This document shows, piece after piece, positions 63,801 through 64,000 of a DNA stretch of 64,000 nucleotides. The notes under the pieces are model-generated. The model did no database searches and was not told the DNA's origin. It was given only the letters and a program-made list of their open reading frames with translations. The DNA is taken from assembly GCA_051294375.1 (NCBI GenBank), contig CM119269.1, forward strand, positions 2,472,699 through 2,536,698. The letters are read 5' to 3'. The DNA is from Paraspadella gotoi. Taxonomy: Eukaryota; Animalia; Chaetognatha. Within the stretch, counting starts at the first letter, position 1. Every line of letters starts with the position of its first letter. The position numbers and the translations under genes were made by a program.

Positions 63801-63999
63801 ATGATGATAATCTTGGGCAGTAGTACGGAAAAGGAGTCTCATTAAGTCGAATATGTAGCATAAATAAAAAGTCTTTTTCAATCACAATTTGGACATTGTG
63901 AGGTGATCCAACCGTGAGAGCCGTCGTCACGTGCTTAGAATATATATCACTATCTGAACACGTGATGAAAAATGTAGTTTCCTTTTCATTAATTTCGAG
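60850..63999 (-). CDS. EYS: Eyes shut/spacemaker orthologue, C-terminal part (partial LamG2-EGF-EGF-LamG3-EGF-LamG4[+CBM14]-EGF-EGF-LamG5); frame open to the window edge
   Basis: 1026-aa ORF that continues without a stop to 63999. EYS-like segments: CLCGFGQSGIRCTESIRISNPRFVGSPFGYDSYL, YDLGSG, DPYF..SHM..IRSKTEI..GVLFYAAHQLDKWSGDF, and a terminal LamG ending at the stop. Confidence 0.9.
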   Translation of the reverse strand, partial: LEINEKETTFFITCSDSDIYSKHVTTALTVGSPHNVQIVIEKDFLFMLHIRLNETPFPYYCPRLSSLWSNQTLITLFLGSISDKFSSLHIDFLSMNVVGAKGCMQNLMVNGEERDIVLDTSESRGTFDNCHTRNQSLCDFEPCKNNASCEEIIPDSAINVAHNELSCDCLPGFEGTFCQRKICDKNPCYGDSTCTLSLNEQSHLCLCGFGQSGIRCTESIRISNPRFVGSPFGYDSYLEIFLTGLTKRFEFYVVFSKNMTKSENSQTIFYYGQASPSAKKWDGFCVYLRQDGYIVFTYDLGSGPTEIVSVQSVLTMEQETTEFFLSFGRDGQDGWLNFTDLNRSTKVVESSGRSPGSLKDMNTPPRTSLFIGGLPETHSQVFMNNTEGFSGCIHEVWVRKGYKSFWSDWFQLDLTENSNVILNARSVLDCQQDSNFPSEIFDSVEIPDFSCENSTQGFECLVNGGICEIHNKTYFNCKCPFGKSGNSCSKDVDIVDPYFDAELQSHMLLLPVNIRSKTEIKLIIKPFQINQNGVLFYAAHQLDKWSGDFIFIGIINDKLVFMFNTGNVKTDTLEIKITAIRDKWYEIYAGRNSSLCWLGIVGDTYENKVLQHSMTHLDISSGFYLGGFPDHSKLSVDVRDYQNNWNSFSGHIGRVIVNERQYSFDVDSKITHSFSCRSKDNGFYQHDDFCSLFFECKNGMIVYGKRYSCLPNQLAQLYPKECKVVLTNATASRCDEDVVEAYGIRGGEAHRPCGLSTCLHGGTCVPISGGLKPGCQCTPQFAGDKCETPRICLNVDSSSKCQNGAICSLVKIDGENSFVCLCPQGWSGELCTESVDWNQHNNDSISFFRKSFLTFQLPSYALDASYTRLSFEFRLRSNDSSGLLFWNGSPFTRDNDYVGLTLTQNHFQPLIFVINLGYKSRVISGMEKAVPFRWEIIKWYRLDLNRDGNFVSLRLDGNVMMETTVPGSYSKLDTVNSFNFGGLRPDSIDHYGAENLYSGFYSETRFLEDHFLRNAFEKHFDGCMRNIFVQSVKLNLNDSISVGNILPCT
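61798..61974 (-). other. Chitin-binding type-2 (CBM14/peritrophin-A)-like module within EYS
   Basis: CRSKDNGFYQHDDFCSLFFECKNGMIVYGKRYSCLPNQLAQLYPKECKVVLTNATASRC has spacing C-x13-C-x5-C-x12-C-x12-C-x11-C with the typical GFY and FFxC aromatics. Confidence 0.8.
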
Positions 64000-64000
64000 T

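Overview
Intron-rich, AT-rich animal (invertebrate-like) genomic DNA with GC-rich exons, many (AG)n/(TC)n microsatellites, N-gaps and stretches that look like error-rich gap-fill. Gene models were spliced by hand and checked for reading-frame phase. From left to right: (1) the 3' half of a Tiam/Still-life-type Rac GEF (DH-PH, + strand, 3642-12594); (2) a multi-exon + strand unit (16983-21162) that the ORF track misses, encoding a Penelope-like (Neptune-type) GIY-YIG endonuclease domain split by two spliceosomal introns (one GC-AG), with no reverse transcriptase and with the expected catalytic Arg and Glu apparently replaced by Lys. This is a candidate domesticated retroelement nuclease, possibly spliced onto the Rac GEF tail; (3) an orphan basic 187-aa ORF; (4) a clan-2-like cytochrome P450 (- strand) whose first intron best fits a non-canonical GA-AG intron; (5) an aquaglyceroporin (- strand) with an ~18.8-kb intron holding a frameshifted BEL/Pao LTR retrotransposon; (6) the 3' part of an EYS/spacemaker orthologue, encoded in one >3.1-kb intronless frame with a chitin-binding CBM14-like module inserted into LamG4. 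Also present: MITEs, a CCA-ended tRNA-Lys retrocopy and degenerate hammerhead-like motifs. All family assignments come from motif recognition by eye; no database searches were run.
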